A DNA stretch of 64,000 bases from an uncultured virus (IMG/VR IMGVR_UViG_3300020438_000025) (Duplodnaviria; Heunggongvirae; Uroviricota; Caudoviricetes). Below, one piece after another: positions 25,905-36,462 of this stretch. The notes under the pieces were generated by a model, which was given only the letters and a program-made list of their open reading frames with translations, made no database searches and had not been told where the DNA came from. Numbering within the stretch: the first letter of the stretch is position 1; each line of letters opens with the position of its first letter. The stretch lies in IMG/VR virus record IMGVR_UViG_3300020438_000025; one strand, given 5' to 3'. Made by a program: the position numbers and the translations under genes.

Positions 25905-26827
25905 ATATATTTCCTTACGTGTTTCCAATATGATCCGTTTTCTATTTCCTCAAAATTCCAATGAAAGGTTGCAAGTCTATTTAACCATCTGTGCCTATCA
26001 AACTGCATAGGATTTTCTATCTCTGAAAAATCAAGATTTGATACTTCTGCACACTGACTATGTAATGGATCAGTGATATATGCATTATAACCACAAATAA
26101 TCGGTCCAACAATTGAACTACTGTTATGATTTACTACTGCATAACAATCTAACAAATCTTTTTCTATAGTGGTATTTAAATCCGTTATAAATGTATTATT
26201 AAATTTTTTTACAATCGAATTAAAAAATTTCCAACATTCGCGGGTGTTCTTATCTTTAGGATGAAATCTAATACGGATAGGTCTATCTGTATGTGTTCGG
26301 ATTCTTAAACATGTAGATTCAAACCAAGATAGCAAAGATAGTTTTCCCATACTCCAACCTTTATCTCTTTGTGCACAAATCAATATATGGGCTCCTCCTT
26401 TTTTATAATCTTGGATTTTTAAATTAAGATCTTTTGATATCTGTTGCCATCTTGTATGATTAGGTTCGCTATCAAAATACATACCTGTATTGGGAAATAC
26501 ACCATTAAAACTATAACGTAGATAATGCAACGGTTCATTCGCAGGATTTGCGTACAGGAATAAATTACTATCTGAAGTGCACACATGACTATTTTGGGTT
26601 CTGTTTATCACTCGTTGCCTAAGATCAAGATGTGGTAATTGTTTACCTTTTTCATGTTGCCAGCCCTGTATTAAACCAATATCTGCATCTATAAGATCAA
26701 ATCCATCGTGAATTACTCCTGTATCACCAACAGCGTTTACACCTTGGACAAATTTCTTCAACATAGTTTTTTTTTCATAACTATTATTTAATCTTGGCAA
26801 TACCTTTGAGTAACTGACTACTTTCAC
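25901..26827 (-). CDS. Capsule-biosynthesis-like (KpsS/KpsC-type GT-B) protein
   Basis: GTG start with GTGA overlap; ILICAQ, RPIRIRFHP, VVNHNSS and WNFEEIENG motifs. Confidence 0.7.
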   Translation of the reverse strand: MKVVSYSKVLPRLNNSYEKKTMLKKFVQGVNAVGDTGVIHDGFDLIDADIGLIQGWQHEKGKQLPHLDLRQRVINRTQNSHVCTSDSNLFLYANPANEPLHYLRYSFNGVFPNTGMYFDSEPNHTRWQQISKDLNLKIQDYKKGGAHILICAQRDKGWSMGKLSLLSWFESTCLRIRTHTDRPIRIRFHPKDKNTRECWKFFNSIVKKFNNTFITDLNTTIEKDLLDCYAVVNHNSSSIVGPIICGYNAYITDPLHSQCAEVSNLDFSEIENPMQFDRHRWLNRLATFHWNFEEIENGSYWKHVRKYI

Positions 26828-28542
26828 TGAACATGGCTCCAAGCAAAGCCATTTATCATCTCTTTTCTTGTAAATTGGCAATAGCTAAGATGACACATTA
26901 ATGAATACATATCATCTTTACTGGGATAAGTTAGGCATTCTATATTTGCCAAGCTAGTGTTGCATAACATAGAAGCACAATTAGGGCCTAAAGTAATAGC
27001 AGGTACACCATTCATTAATGCTTCTAGTGCTGCTATACTGTTATATGTAATAAGGCAATATATATCATTTTTTCGTAAAATATTTGGTAACATATTGCTA
27101 TCGTTGAATCTTTCTGGCCTACTCGGTTTGATTCTAATTTCAATTGGTCTGTCAGTATATGTTTGTAATTCTCTTTTAATTTGTTGCACCCATATATCAC
27201 TTGCTGGTAGGTCAAACAATTTCATGACATTATCACTTGGTGGACACACAAGAACAGTTGTACCTTCTTTAAATTTATGAAATTTCCAATCTAATAATCT
27301 ATCATCTGGTCTTTCAATAATAGGTCCCATGTTTTGTAAATTATTTTTAGTAACTCTATGATAACCTTTTAATTTACTTTTGTCATTTCCAAAATAACCT
27401 GTGTCTATATAATAATATTCTCTTTTTGTTTTCCAACAATGATGTAATCCTTCTCTGGTACTTTTACCAACACCTCGCATAACAATAGGACGTCCTTTTG
27501 TTTTTTCTTTTTGCCAATCGCTTAGAATACCACCGCATCCATAAACAAACGCTTGTAAATACTCATCATATTTGTGTGTAGATTTTGTGTATGTTAAAGC
27601 ATCATTAAATATCGCAGCTACCTTTGCATATTTTTTTCTAGTTTTTACGTTGACAGTTTCATTTACCATAGTAATTGCTTTGGTAGTATTAAATCCATAA
27701 TATTCTCCATCTGGGTCGATGTATGAATCGCTAACTGCTTTTAACGTGTGTAAAAGCGGATCTTGATAACTACAGTCTTCAATAAGTTGGGGCGAAGCTT
27801 GTGCTGCATTTAATTTCTTTTTTGTTTTTGTTAATTCATCATGTAGATATTTACGTTCTATCTTATAAAATTCATTTGCGTATGCACAATCGGCACAATT
27901 ATCAAACCAAGGACCACCTTCTGTGTAATGTAAAAATTTAGGTGTACCGTCTTTTGGTACATGGTACCAATTTACTAACCAATTCCATTCATGACTTATT
28001 TTTCCTATATCATTATCATGGAGCCAAGAAAATCTATGTAAATATTTGCCATCAATTTTAGGATTATTCACTAATGACTTTGTAAGTATCTGATTTGAAA
28101 CATGTCCACAATTAAATAACATCATGCTAGACCAATTTTTCCTAGGATACAAATGTTGGATCTGACCATCCATTTTATATCCTTTTCTTGGTGTGTAGTC
28201 ATGTTGTGCACACATCAAAGCATACTTTTCATTACAATGATCAAACAATTGTTTTATATCAGTAAGAGCAATAAAGTCGCAATCAACGAACAATGCCCAA
28301 CCTTTAAAATCGCATAATTCAGGTACTAGAAATCTCGAAAATGTAAATTCAGTGCTAGAAAGTTTATCTGTATCTCTCCAATATAATCCATTTTTCTTTA
28401 CATCTTTTAATTTAATCGGTTGTATATCAACAGGCACTGATGCATAGGTCATTATACTTTCTTTACAGGTGTGGAAAGCAATATGCTCTCTTGAATCATA
28501 TCCTACAAAAATTTTTAAATCTTCTTGATTTTGTTTTGTCAT
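26824..28542 (-). CDS. Fusion of a GT-A (GT8-like) domain and a capsule-biosynthesis-like GT-B domain
   Basis: N-terminal IFVGYDSRE, STEFTFSRF, FVDCD, YPRKNWSS and HYTEGGPW; C-terminal IDTGYF, RPIEIR and TYNSIAALEA. Confidence 0.85.
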   Translation of the reverse strand: MTKQNQEDLKIFVGYDSREHIAFHTCKESIMTYASVPVDIQPIKLKDVKKNGLYWRDTDKLSSTEFTFSRFLVPELCDFKGWALFVDCDFIALTDIKQLFDHCNEKYALMCAQHDYTPRKGYKMDGQIQHLYPRKNWSSMMLFNCGHVSNQILTKSLVNNPKIDGKYLHRFSWLHDNDIGKISHEWNWLVNWYHVPKDGTPKFLHYTEGGPWFDNCADCAYANEFYKIERKYLHDELTKTKKKLNAAQASPQLIEDCSYQDPLLHTLKAVSDSYIDPDGEYYGFNTTKAITMVNETVNVKTRKKYAKVAAIFNDALTYTKSTHKYDEYLQAFVYGCGGILSDWQKEKTKGRPIVMRGVGKSTREGLHHCWKTKREYYYIDTGYFGNDKSKLKGYHRVTKNNLQNMGPIIERPDDRLLDWKFHKFKEGTTVLVCPPSDNVMKLFDLPASDIWVQQIKRELQTYTDRPIEIRIKPSRPERFNDSNMLPNILRKNDIYCLITYNSIAALEALMNGVPAITLGPNCASMLCNTSLANIECLTYPSKDDMYSLMCHLSYCQFTRKEMINGFAWSHVQ

Positions 28543-28577
28543 TTATTTTTTTAAAAGATGTTTAAACGATTACCCAT

Positions 28578-29519
28578 TTATTGCTTCTTTTGTAGTCCAA
28601 TCGTTCTTAAATGTTGCCACATATCACCATTTGCAACTTCTTCGTTATTCCATATAGTGTATGATATCATGTTACACCAAGTACTTATGTCTATGTTATA
28701 GTCTAGTTGTTCGATTTTTGATAAACATTTATGTCCTATATCATATGCAGAGGAAGTACTACTTAATGTAAATATTGGTATTCCTTTTTCAATTGCTTCT
28801 ACACAACTGTTGCTACTGAAAGTTACTACACAGTATGCATTTTTAAAATCTTCTTGTAAGCCTGTTCCGCCATTAAGTGTTGTTGTAGAATTAAAATTTT
28901 TGCTTATACTAACGTTTTTGTAAATGTCATTTATAAGTTTTTCTTCTTTATATAATTTTGTTGTGCCAAGAGGATGTGGACGTATAACAATATTTCTATC
29001 AGTGTACTTACGTATTTCTTTTATTTGATCTATAATATAATTATCAAAAGATTTATAACCTGCATTATACATTTCTATTAATGCACTGTCGCCTTCGAGC
29101 TGTCCCATAATTAAAATATTATCTCCAGGACTATTCCAATTAATAAAATTAAGATTGTTTTCTTTTTTTATTTTTAACCAACGACTATTGTCTACATGGT
29201 TATTATTAAATTCTCCAATACCATTTTTGTAACTAGTCCAACCCCATCTTCGATAATTTGGTAGTTGGCGCATTGCGCCTTCTTCACATACAAGAAAAGG
29301 TAACTGTGTATTCAGCACATGTTTATATGCATCAGCTTTTTCTTGTCTATTATATTTGAGATATGGATTGTAAATATTAAATTGTACAAAACAATTTGTG
29401 TTATATTCTTTATCTGCTACATATTTTGTAGCAATATATTTGTCATTATGATGTCTAACTCCTTGATCAAATTGTTCAAGTTTCCTTTTTACTATTTGTT
29501 TAAAACCAGTTATAATCAT
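28578..29519 (-). CDS. Capsule-biosynthesis-like (KpsS/KpsC-type GT-B) protein
   Basis: ILIMGQLEGDSA, RNIVIRPHP, VVTFSSNSCVEA..GIP motifs. Confidence 0.7.
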   Translation of the reverse strand: MIITGFKQIVKRKLEQFDQGVRHHNDKYIATKYVADKEYNTNCFVQFNIYNPYLKYNRQEKADAYKHVLNTQLPFLVCEEGAMRQLPNYRRWGWTSYKNGIGEFNNNHVDNSRWLKIKKENNLNFINWNSPGDNILIMGQLEGDSALIEMYNAGYKSFDNYIIDQIKEIRKYTDRNIVIRPHPLGTTKLYKEEKLINDIYKNVSISKNFNSTTTLNGGTGLQEDFKNAYCVVTFSSNSCVEAIEKGIPIFTLSSTSSAYDIGHKCLSKIEQLDYNIDISTWCNMISYTIWNNEEVANGDMWQHLRTIGLQKKQ

Positions 29520-30193
29520 AAGTTTTTAGTTAGACTTGCTGTATCTATATTATTACCAATAGCATAGTAAGGATGTAATCTAGCAACTGTAGGCACGGTT
29601 GTTTGAAGTTTTACTATTGTCGCATTTATTTGTTGATCAGCTGGTCTATGTCCATTTATTTTTATATATCTTAGTATTTTCTTAGCGGCATGTGGTTTAA
29701 TTATGTAAGAGTATGCGCCTTTAAAATAATCTTTAAGACCATATTTTAATACTTTTACTGGATTATTGGTATATGATGAAACTGTGGTTGGTAGATATTT
29801 TTCTGCATTTAAGTCTCGTTCGTAGTGTTCATTATAAGGATCTAGTCTATCTAATTTTAACACATCGTCAAATTGATCTAATATATTGTCTTGTATAGGC
29901 CGAGTTAAATATCCGTCATGTTCTAAAATAATAATTGGTTCATCTAGATCAACACAGATTTTCCATAGATAGTAGTGACTAAAGAAACAACCAATAACAC
30001 CTAGCCGACCTTTTTTAAATTTGCCTTGTGGCTTTAAACCTGTCATAGCATAATGATGTTCAAAATTGTTACCATTAATTGCTTTGTAGTATTTTGGACA
30101 AAGTCCGTGTTTAATGGCCTGTAACAAACACTCTTCAGCTATTTGACACGAGTGTTCATTTTCTTCTAATCTGATGATAAATGTGTTTATCAA
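29516..30193 (-). CDS. Glycosyltransferase family 25
   Basis: FIIRL, AING, GCFFSH..LW, IILEHD, AYII.PHAAKK and PAD motifs. Confidence 0.85.
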   Translation of the reverse strand: MINTFIIRLEENEHSCQIAEECLLQAIKHGLCPKYYKAINGNNFEHHYAMTGLKPQGKFKKGRLGVIGCFFSHYYLWKICVDLDEPIIILEHDGYLTRPIQDNILDQFDDVLKLDRLDPYNEHYERDLNAEKYLPTTVSSYTNNPVKVLKYGLKDYFKGAYSYIIKPHAAKKILRYIKINGHRPADQQINATIVKLQTTVPTVARLHPYYAIGNNIDTASLTKNL

Positions 30194-30645
30194 AGACTTG
30201 CATCCTCCATGCCTGCTACTCTAAGTTTTACAATATTTGTGATTTGCCACTGTTTTTGATCAAGAGATTTAAGTACGCCAAGCCATTTGTTTCTTATTAA
30301 AGCAAATTCATTTATAATTTTTTCATAATCAACTACATCTGCTTCACCGTCAACATATTTCTCTACATCTCTGCTACTTAGTGCTCGTTGATAATTTTCA
30401 AGATATTTTTTAAAAAATTTACTTCTAAGACGTTTTAGTTCTATATTTAAATATTCTAAAATTGCTTCTATTTCTTGTAATTGATTAAATCTATGTTCAA
30501 CAATACCAGGAAGATTTGCTGCAGCTTTCTCAACACTACCATGTAATTTACATTCGGATCGTGCAGAAATAAGTTCATGCTCAAAGAATTGAATAGCATT
30601 TGGCAACTCATTTAAGTCTCTTGAAATTTTAGAATACCATCCCAA
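30190..30645 (-). CDS. uvsY: Recombination mediator UvsY
   Basis: YLENYQRALSSRDVEKYVDGE...LDQKQWQI..IVKLRVAG; TTG start with AAGGA RBS. Confidence 0.9.
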   Translation of the reverse strand: MGWYSKISRDLNELPNAIQFFEHELISARSECKLHGSVEKAAANLPGIVEHRFNQLQEIEAILEYLNIELKRLRSKFFKKYLENYQRALSSRDVEKYVDGEADVVDYEKIINEFALIRNKWLGVLKSLDQKQWQITNIVKLRVAGMEDASL

Positions 30646-30653
30646 TTTATTCC

Positions 30654-30866
30654 TTAATAATCTTCGTCTAGTATTTCTCCATCTAGATAATACTCAATTG
30701 CAGTATCTAGTTCTTGGTAATTGCCTAAACAATTTTTAATTATATTTGTCTCGGTATTATAGTCAGCCAGTAAATCGACAAAACGTTCAGCTACTACAGA
30801 TAGGTGTTTTTTATCAATGTATTCAGTAAATACTGCCCAAGTATCTAATATTTGTTCTTCACTCAT
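30654..30866 (-). CDS. Small acidic hypothetical protein
   Basis: Lies between uvsX and uvsY; likely start MSEEQ. Confidence 0.75.
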   Translation of the reverse strand: MSEEQILDTWAVFTEYIDKKHLSVVAERFVDLLADYNTETNIIKNCLGNYQELDTAIEYYLDGEILDEDY

Positions 30867-31932
30867 TATTCTCAGTCTCCTGTAAATCTTCACTAAGGGT
30901 ACTAGGCGTATTTACCTTATCATGTAAATTTACAGAATCTTGCATTACCATATCTAATAGTTCACCCGTCCAATTTTTTCGATATTCTTTGTGTTCATTA
31001 CCTTGGGAATCTACATATAATAATCGATTGCCATCTTTTTTTATCAAACCTTGTTTTTCAAAGAGATCAACTAACCCACTATAAGGATTCATCCCAGTCT
31101 CATAAGGAATTTTAACCTGGACACCTTCAAATGGTTTAGCATATCTTGTTTTCATTACTTTACATGCTGCACGTATACCATTTACTTCTGAAGTTTTATT
31201 TCCATCTAGATCTTCTTTAAGCTTTAGTTTTTTCATAGCAACAACAATACTGCTAGCATATATGAATCCTTGTCCGCCTGATATCTTATCATCAGGATCA
31301 AACATATCTTGACTTGCGTATGTATGATTAGTTGCTACTAATCCAACATTAAGACTGCCGAACATATTTACACAATTACGTACAAGTGCAGTAAGTGCTT
31401 TAGGCTTACGCCCCATATCACCTTTAAGATCGCCTCTATCAAACTGATCTACATCAGTAGGAGTCAACAACATACCTAATGAATCAACTACAAATAAAAC
31501 TTTTGGTTTATCATCGTTTTCTAAATTCTTATAATCATCAACAAACACTGATATTGTCTTTGCAACATCATCAATCATACTCATGTTTAGTTTTAGAAGT
31601 TTATCTTTACCTGTATCAACTTCTAAATTTTTTAACCAAATTTCATCTAACGCATTTTCACTATCAACAAGTACAACAAAGATATCTTGTTTTTGTGCTT
31701 CTTTAATTATATTACCAGCACAGATATAACTTTTTCCAGCACCAGATTCTCCTGCAAACACACTCACTTTACCAAGTGGTATACCTTTATGGAAATTTCC
31801 TGATATCAGATAATTAAGAGCATAATTGCCAGTGCTTATCCAATCTTTAGGATCGTTAAATCCTGTGCTCATTCCTTTTATATTTTTTGTTAATTCTCTC
31901 CTAAATTTACTAGGATCAAATGTTTTAGTCAT
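30859..31932 (-). CDS. uvsX: RecA-like recombinase UvsX
   Basis: ISTGN, AGESGAGKS, VVDSLG, TNHTY and SGGQG motifs. Confidence 0.95.
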   Translation of the reverse strand: MTKTFDPSKFRRELTKNIKGMSTGFNDPKDWISTGNYALNYLISGNFHKGIPLGKVSVFAGESGAGKSYICAGNIIKEAQKQDIFVVLVDSENALDEIWLKNLEVDTGKDKLLKLNMSMIDDVAKTISVFVDDYKNLENDDKPKVLFVVDSLGMLLTPTDVDQFDRGDLKGDMGRKPKALTALVRNCVNMFGSLNVGLVATNHTYASQDMFDPDDKISGGQGFIYASSIVVAMKKLKLKEDLDGNKTSEVNGIRAACKVMKTRYAKPFEGVQVKIPYETGMNPYSGLVDLFEKQGLIKKDGNRLLYVDSQGNEHKEYRKNWTGELLDMVMQDSVNLHDKVNTPSTLSEDLQETENNE

Positions 31933-31951
31933 GGATTTAGGTCCTTAATAG

Positions 31952-31978
31952 ATACACATGGAATAACTCCATGTGTAT
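31952..31978 (-). terminator. 11-bp hairpin after the SSB gene (stabiliser or partial terminator)
   Basis: ATACACATGGA-5 nt-TCCATGTGTAT; no strong U-tract. Confidence 0.55.
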
Positions 31979-31987
31979 TGGTAATAG

Positions 31988-32941
31988 TTATTCTGCGGTT
32001 TGTCTTGAACGAATCATTTGAAGAATGTTGTTAGCTTCAGCAGCTGGAGTATTTGTAGACTCTTCAGTTACTACTGGAGTAGATACAACAGTCTCAGATG
32101 GTGGAACTACAGCCGCAGCAGGAGCACTTGTAGAGTTAGGATCGCCAGTCCTTGCAGACATACCTGCTGGACGGAAATACTGTGAAAAACGTGCTTCATC
32201 ATACGGTTCACCATCTACAGAAGCTTCAAACATTTCCTGCATGATCTTAATTTCAACATCCGTCGGTTTCTTAGGAAGAAAATCATTTAAATTAAACAAG
32301 CCATTTGTGTTAATTGCATGCATTTCTTGATCATTTAATGGACGTTCTCTCCTAGCCCAATTAGATGTTGAATAATCTGCATATCCACCCTTTGATGTTT
32401 TATTCAATCTAAAATCAATACCACTTGTATAGTCTGTTGGAAGTTCTTCCATATCTGGATCCATCAATGCTTGTTTTATCAATTGAAAGATCTGTGGCCC
32501 AATAATAAATCTACGGATTGGATTTTCAGGTGTTGTATCTTCTTGCAGTGGATTATCAACTACAAATCCTTGGAATAGATAAGATCGTTTTTTCCAATAT
32601 TTACGACCCATGTCTTCTAAACTAGAATCTTTAAACCATCCTCTTACTTCGTTAAGGATGTTGCAAGTATCACCATACATCTCCATACACGGAATTTGTA
32701 CTTGTATAGGTTTAGAATCTGTTTCATTCTTAACACCCGGAAATGGTAATTTGATCATTAATCTTTCAGTCCAAAAGAAAGTATTATCTTTATTACCATC
32801 AGGAAGGAACCGCAATACTGCACTATCGCCTTCTTTTATATTCCAAAAAGGATAGATAGCGTTATCGCCTCCTGTATTATTTCCGGATTGTCTTTGTTCT
32901 TGTTCTTTGAGTTTTGATCGAATTTCTGCTAACGTTGCCAT
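31988..32941 (-). CDS. gp32: Single-stranded DNA-binding protein (T4 gp32-like)
   Basis: VLRFLPDG, KKRSY, DFRLNKT.KGGYADYSTS; AGGAG RBS; lies upstream of uvsX. Confidence 0.9.
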   Translation of the reverse strand: MATLAEIRSKLKEQEQRQSGNNTGGDNAIYPFWNIKEGDSAVLRFLPDGNKDNTFFWTERLMIKLPFPGVKNETDSKPIQVQIPCMEMYGDTCNILNEVRGWFKDSSLEDMGRKYWKKRSYLFQGFVVDNPLQEDTTPENPIRRFIIGPQIFQLIKQALMDPDMEELPTDYTSGIDFRLNKTSKGGYADYSTSNWARRERPLNDQEMHAINTNGLFNLNDFLPKKPTDVEIKIMQEMFEASVDGEPYDEARFSQYFRPAGMSARTGDPNSTSAPAAAVVPPSETVVSTPVVTEESTNTPAAEANNILQMIRSRQTAE

Positions 32942-33004
32942 ATATTTCTCCTTTGCCTAAATTATAGCCTGTGCCTAGTGATTAAAGTGTAGCACAACAT
33001 AATT

Positions 33005-33033
33005 ATACTACACGAGTTTTTACTAAATGTCAA
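33005..33033 (-). promoter_or_regulatory. sigma70 promoter for the gp32-uvsX-uvsY operon
   Basis: TTGACA-17-TAGTAT(AAT). Confidence 0.6.
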
Positions 33034-33057
33034 TAATAAAATTGTGATTTAGTAAAA

Positions 33058-33249
33058 TTATTTATGGTCTTCCATACAGTGTGTGTGCCAGTATGAACTT
33101 CCATGTTGATCGTTATGATCATGATGTTGCCATGTATTACAAGGCTTATCATGATGATGATGCATTCTATTCATCCTATGTTCTCTATGAGGTGTTGTAC
33201 AACCTATAACAAACCAAGATAAAATAATAAGTACAATAATATTTTTCAT
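33058..33249 (-). CDS. Histidine-rich lipoprotein
   Basis: Signal peptide with lipobox VIG-C; 13 His and 2 further Cys in the mature part. Confidence 0.75.
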   Translation of the reverse strand: MKNIIVLIILSWFVIGCTTPHREHRMNRMHHHHDKPCNTWQHHDHNDQHGSSYWHTHCMEDHK

Positions 33250-33253
33250 TTCT

Positions 33254-34861
33254 TTAACCTAATCCTGCGAGTTTCATAATATCTGCTGCTTCAGTTTCGT
33301 ATTTGTCTTTTAGACGACCTAGTTCTTGTTTATTCGCTCCATCTCTACCTGCTTTTGCAAGAGCTTTCATTCCATCTTTGCCGTATTTTTTCTTGCCAAT
33401 ATAATACTGTAGTCCTGACTCTTCTACGTCATCTTCTTCGTCATATAGTATATTATCTTGATCAGTGTTGTAGCCATGGAATTCTTGGAATTTTTGATTT
33501 ATTGCCTCAATAAATTGTTTTGCAGGATTTATATATGATTCACCGTAATCTTTTTCTACAGCAGTTAGTATTGCAGTTTCTCCTTTTGGAAATTGTCCTG
33601 ACTCTCGATCATACATACTTAATATAAATTCAGTTATCGGGATTTGTTGCTCAATCTTAATATCTGGTTGATCGTCATCAGGATGAGGTATCTCATCACC
33701 TTTTTTCTTTCCATCCATTTTTGCTTTTCTTACCGCATGCGCAAATGCATTGCCGTCGTCTAATTCTTGATCTAGAGCATTTTCTACTGTGCCATTTGCC
33801 CAATTTTCAAATTCACTAAACACGTCAGCAACTTCAGTATCGTTCGTCTCAGCTAGAGAATCTTCCGTTGCTATATCATCAGGACCTAATTCTTGCGCTT
33901 TTGTTTTCTCACTAATTAATTTATAAATGTAAGGAAATACATCTTGCAATTCTTCATTAAATTGTTTTATTGTAAGTTGATCAATCCAATTCTGTGCTAA
34001 ATCTTCTGGTACTAATTCAAATTCTTCAACTGTAAAGTTTTCTAAAATTTCACCGTAGTGATTTGGTTTTTGAATATTTTCTATTGTTTTTTTAACAGTT
34101 ACAATCCTATCATTAACAATGTCGCTATACTTTGACAAACCTTCAGCCATAACACTAGATCTATTAACATAATTTTTAAATTTCCTAAGATTATTTAATT
34201 CTTGACTTAACTCTACTATATGTTTGCCAAAATCATCATGCATTGATCCGCCTTCTGCAATGTGTCGTGCCATAGCCCTTGCGCCATTTAAATGTTTTAA
34301 AGGATATTTAAATCGTTCACCTTCAATTGTTTCTATGTAGATATTTTGTATATGTTGGGTACGACCAGCTGCCAATTCTTGATTTACAGGTTGTGAATGC
34401 TTAATTTGCACACGTGAAGAACCTATATCTTGAAAGCTTGTTTTACTTGTACCGTATAATTTTGATTCAGTCATGTTAGAGTCTCCAGAATTATTAGACA
34501 AATATTTGTAATCACGTTTGGTAAGATTGCTCTTAGTTATGTCTCTGACATCAAAGTTAAGTAGTCTTTTCTTAGCAAACAATCTCAGTTCTTTTAAAAA
34601 ATTAAACCAATGCTTTTTTGTAGATTCGTTCTCTTGTTCGAGAAAATTTTGTTGATACATCACTGCAAGATTGTTTTCATCTAAACTTACACTGATATTT
34701 CCTAATACATTATTGTTCTCTGTGTATTCAAAATCAAAAAATCTAGCTTCACTTGGATTATTTGTTACAATACCTTCGTTGTTTCCTAATGTAAGATTTT
34801 GAAATCTGCTACGTATTTTGTTAAACAGCTCTTGGCCTATAATATCTATGTTATTTTCCAT
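33254..34861 (-). CDS. Probable head-internal or structural protein
   Basis: Leaderless start below GATAAATA; acidic sequence; GERF..HLNGARAMARH motif; C-terminal IMKLAGL. Confidence 0.7.
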   Translation of the reverse strand: MENNIDIIGQELFNKIRSRFQNLTLGNNEGIVTNNPSEARFFDFEYTENNNVLGNISVSLDENNLAVMYQQNFLEQENESTKKHWFNFLKELRLFAKKRLLNFDVRDITKSNLTKRDYKYLSNNSGDSNMTESKLYGTSKTSFQDIGSSRVQIKHSQPVNQELAAGRTQHIQNIYIETIEGERFKYPLKHLNGARAMARHIAEGGSMHDDFGKHIVELSQELNNLRKFKNYVNRSSVMAEGLSKYSDIVNDRIVTVKKTIENIQKPNHYGEILENFTVEEFELVPEDLAQNWIDQLTIKQFNEELQDVFPYIYKLISEKTKAQELGPDDIATEDSLAETNDTEVADVFSEFENWANGTVENALDQELDDGNAFAHAVRKAKMDGKKKGDEIPHPDDDQPDIKIEQQIPITEFILSMYDRESGQFPKGETAILTAVEKDYGESYINPAKQFIEAINQKFQEFHGYNTDQDNILYDEEDDVEESGLQYYIGKKKYGKDGMKALAKAGRDGANKQELGRLKDKYETEAADIMKLAGLG

Positions 34862-34872
34862 GTAAATATTTA

Positions 34873-36453
34873 TCAATAATTTGTTGATATAAAGATTGGC
34901 ATTGGCGCAGTATAATCTTCTGCTTCATCAATTGATTTAAAAGTATTATAAATCCGTGGATCCCAATCTCTTAACACTGTTATTATTCTTATTGTAAGCA
35001 AAAGAGCAGATACTAAATCGTCTGTTTCTCCTACTTTGGCCCTATAAGAACTACCTGTAGATACATATGTTTTTAATTCGCTTATAAGGACTCCAGAATT
35101 TATGGTAAATTTATTATTCTCTATTAATACTTTCAACGCACTGCAGGTTGTAATTTTAGAGCCATGAGTGGTATTAAAGCCTTTACGAAATTTTCTTACA
35201 TGACCTTTTCTTATAGGTTCGCTAACAAATAAACCAGGTATATTATCCTCGCCAAAATCATTTATCACAATCAATGCTGCTTCACCAATAGAATTATTTT
35301 CTATACTCCAATAGATACTGTTTTCTGTAGCAGTTTTACTTGCAATATAATCACAAATATCTTTAAGGACACGTACTTGTCCTGGTATAGCAGTAGTATT
35401 ATGCCTCCATTCTCCGATTTGCCTATAAGTAGGTAATTCTATTATCTGTATTGCAGCATAGTCTCCGCCTGTACCCATACTTGGATCTAAACCTACTACA
35501 TATGTTTTATCAGCTTGTATTTTATCGTACCAGCGGGTTTGTCCCATATTCATAACAACAGGTGATGGTTGCATGTTTGATAAAACCATACTGTTAACTA
35601 AAGTTTCATCATAAACTAAAAACTCACAACCATATTCACGTCTAAATCTTTCTTCTCCAATCCTACCCATTTCCACATCACGCCATTCATCGTCACGATC
35701 AGGGTGTTCGTTCCAGTGCACGGTAAACGAGTGAAATCCATTTAAACCTAATTCTTGTTCGTTGCCATGCTCGTCAAATTTCTGTTCAGCTTGCTTCCAT
35801 ATAGTAGCAAATGTATCTTCATCTGAATTTGGTGTACTTGTAATGATAGCCCTACCACCAGTTGCTAGTGTAGGAGATATTGATGTCCAAAATTCATCTG
35901 CAATACTTGGATTTACAAATGCAAACTCGTCACAATATAACAAGGATATACTCATACCTCTACCTGTATTACCAGTTGTAGTAGCACTAACAATACGTGA
36001 ACCATTTTCAAATTCAATAGAACCTTTATTATAACTAGTTACACCTGCACGTATAAAATCAGGACAACATTCGTATACATAGCGTACCCTTTGCATTATT
36101 TCTTGGGCTCCTGTATACTTGTGTGCAGCAATTAGGATAGTTTGATCAGGATTAAACATTGCATACCAAGCTAGATAGATAGCAGCACAAGTAGTCTTAC
36201 CTGTTTGCCTTGGCAACATGTTTACATTAAAACGGTGAGAATGATATACGTTAAACAATCTTACTTGATAGGCATACGGGTCAAATAACAATTTGCCTTG
36301 CACTGGATGTTGTATGTATGAAAAATTACGGGCGAAATGTAGATATCCAGATTCAGGATCCATACATTTTGATAAATCCTCAATCTGCTCTTGAGAGAAA
36401 GTTTCTTGTTGATTGGCTTTTTTGGTTATTACGCCATCAAGCGATTTGCTCAT
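34873..36453 (-). CDS. gp17: Terminase large subunit (T4 gp17-like)
   Basis: YAYQ, PRQTGKTT, YCDEFAFV, TSTPN, FRREYGCEF, GLDPS and DDLVSA motifs. Confidence 0.96.
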   Translation of the reverse strand: MSKSLDGVITKKANQQETFSQEQIEDLSKCMDPESGYLHFARNFSYIQHPVQGKLLFDPYAYQVRLFNVYHSHRFNVNMLPRQTGKTTCAAIYLAWYAMFNPDQTILIAAHKYTGAQEIMQRVRYVYECCPDFIRAGVTSYNKGSIEFENGSRIVSATTTGNTGRGMSISLLYCDEFAFVNPSIADEFWTSISPTLATGGRAIITSTPNSDEDTFATIWKQAEQKFDEHGNEQELGLNGFHSFTVHWNEHPDRDDEWRDVEMGRIGEERFRREYGCEFLVYDETLVNSMVLSNMQPSPVVMNMGQTRWYDKIQADKTYVVGLDPSMGTGGDYAAIQIIELPTYRQIGEWRHNTTAIPGQVRVLKDICDYIASKTATENSIYWSIENNSIGEAALIVINDFGEDNIPGLFVSEPIRKGHVRKFRKGFNTTHGSKITTCSALKVLIENNKFTINSGVLISELKTYVSTGSSYRAKVGETDDLVSALLLTIRIITVLRDWDPRIYNTFKSIDEAEDYTAPMPIFISTNY

Positions 36454-36462
36454 TGTAGTATA

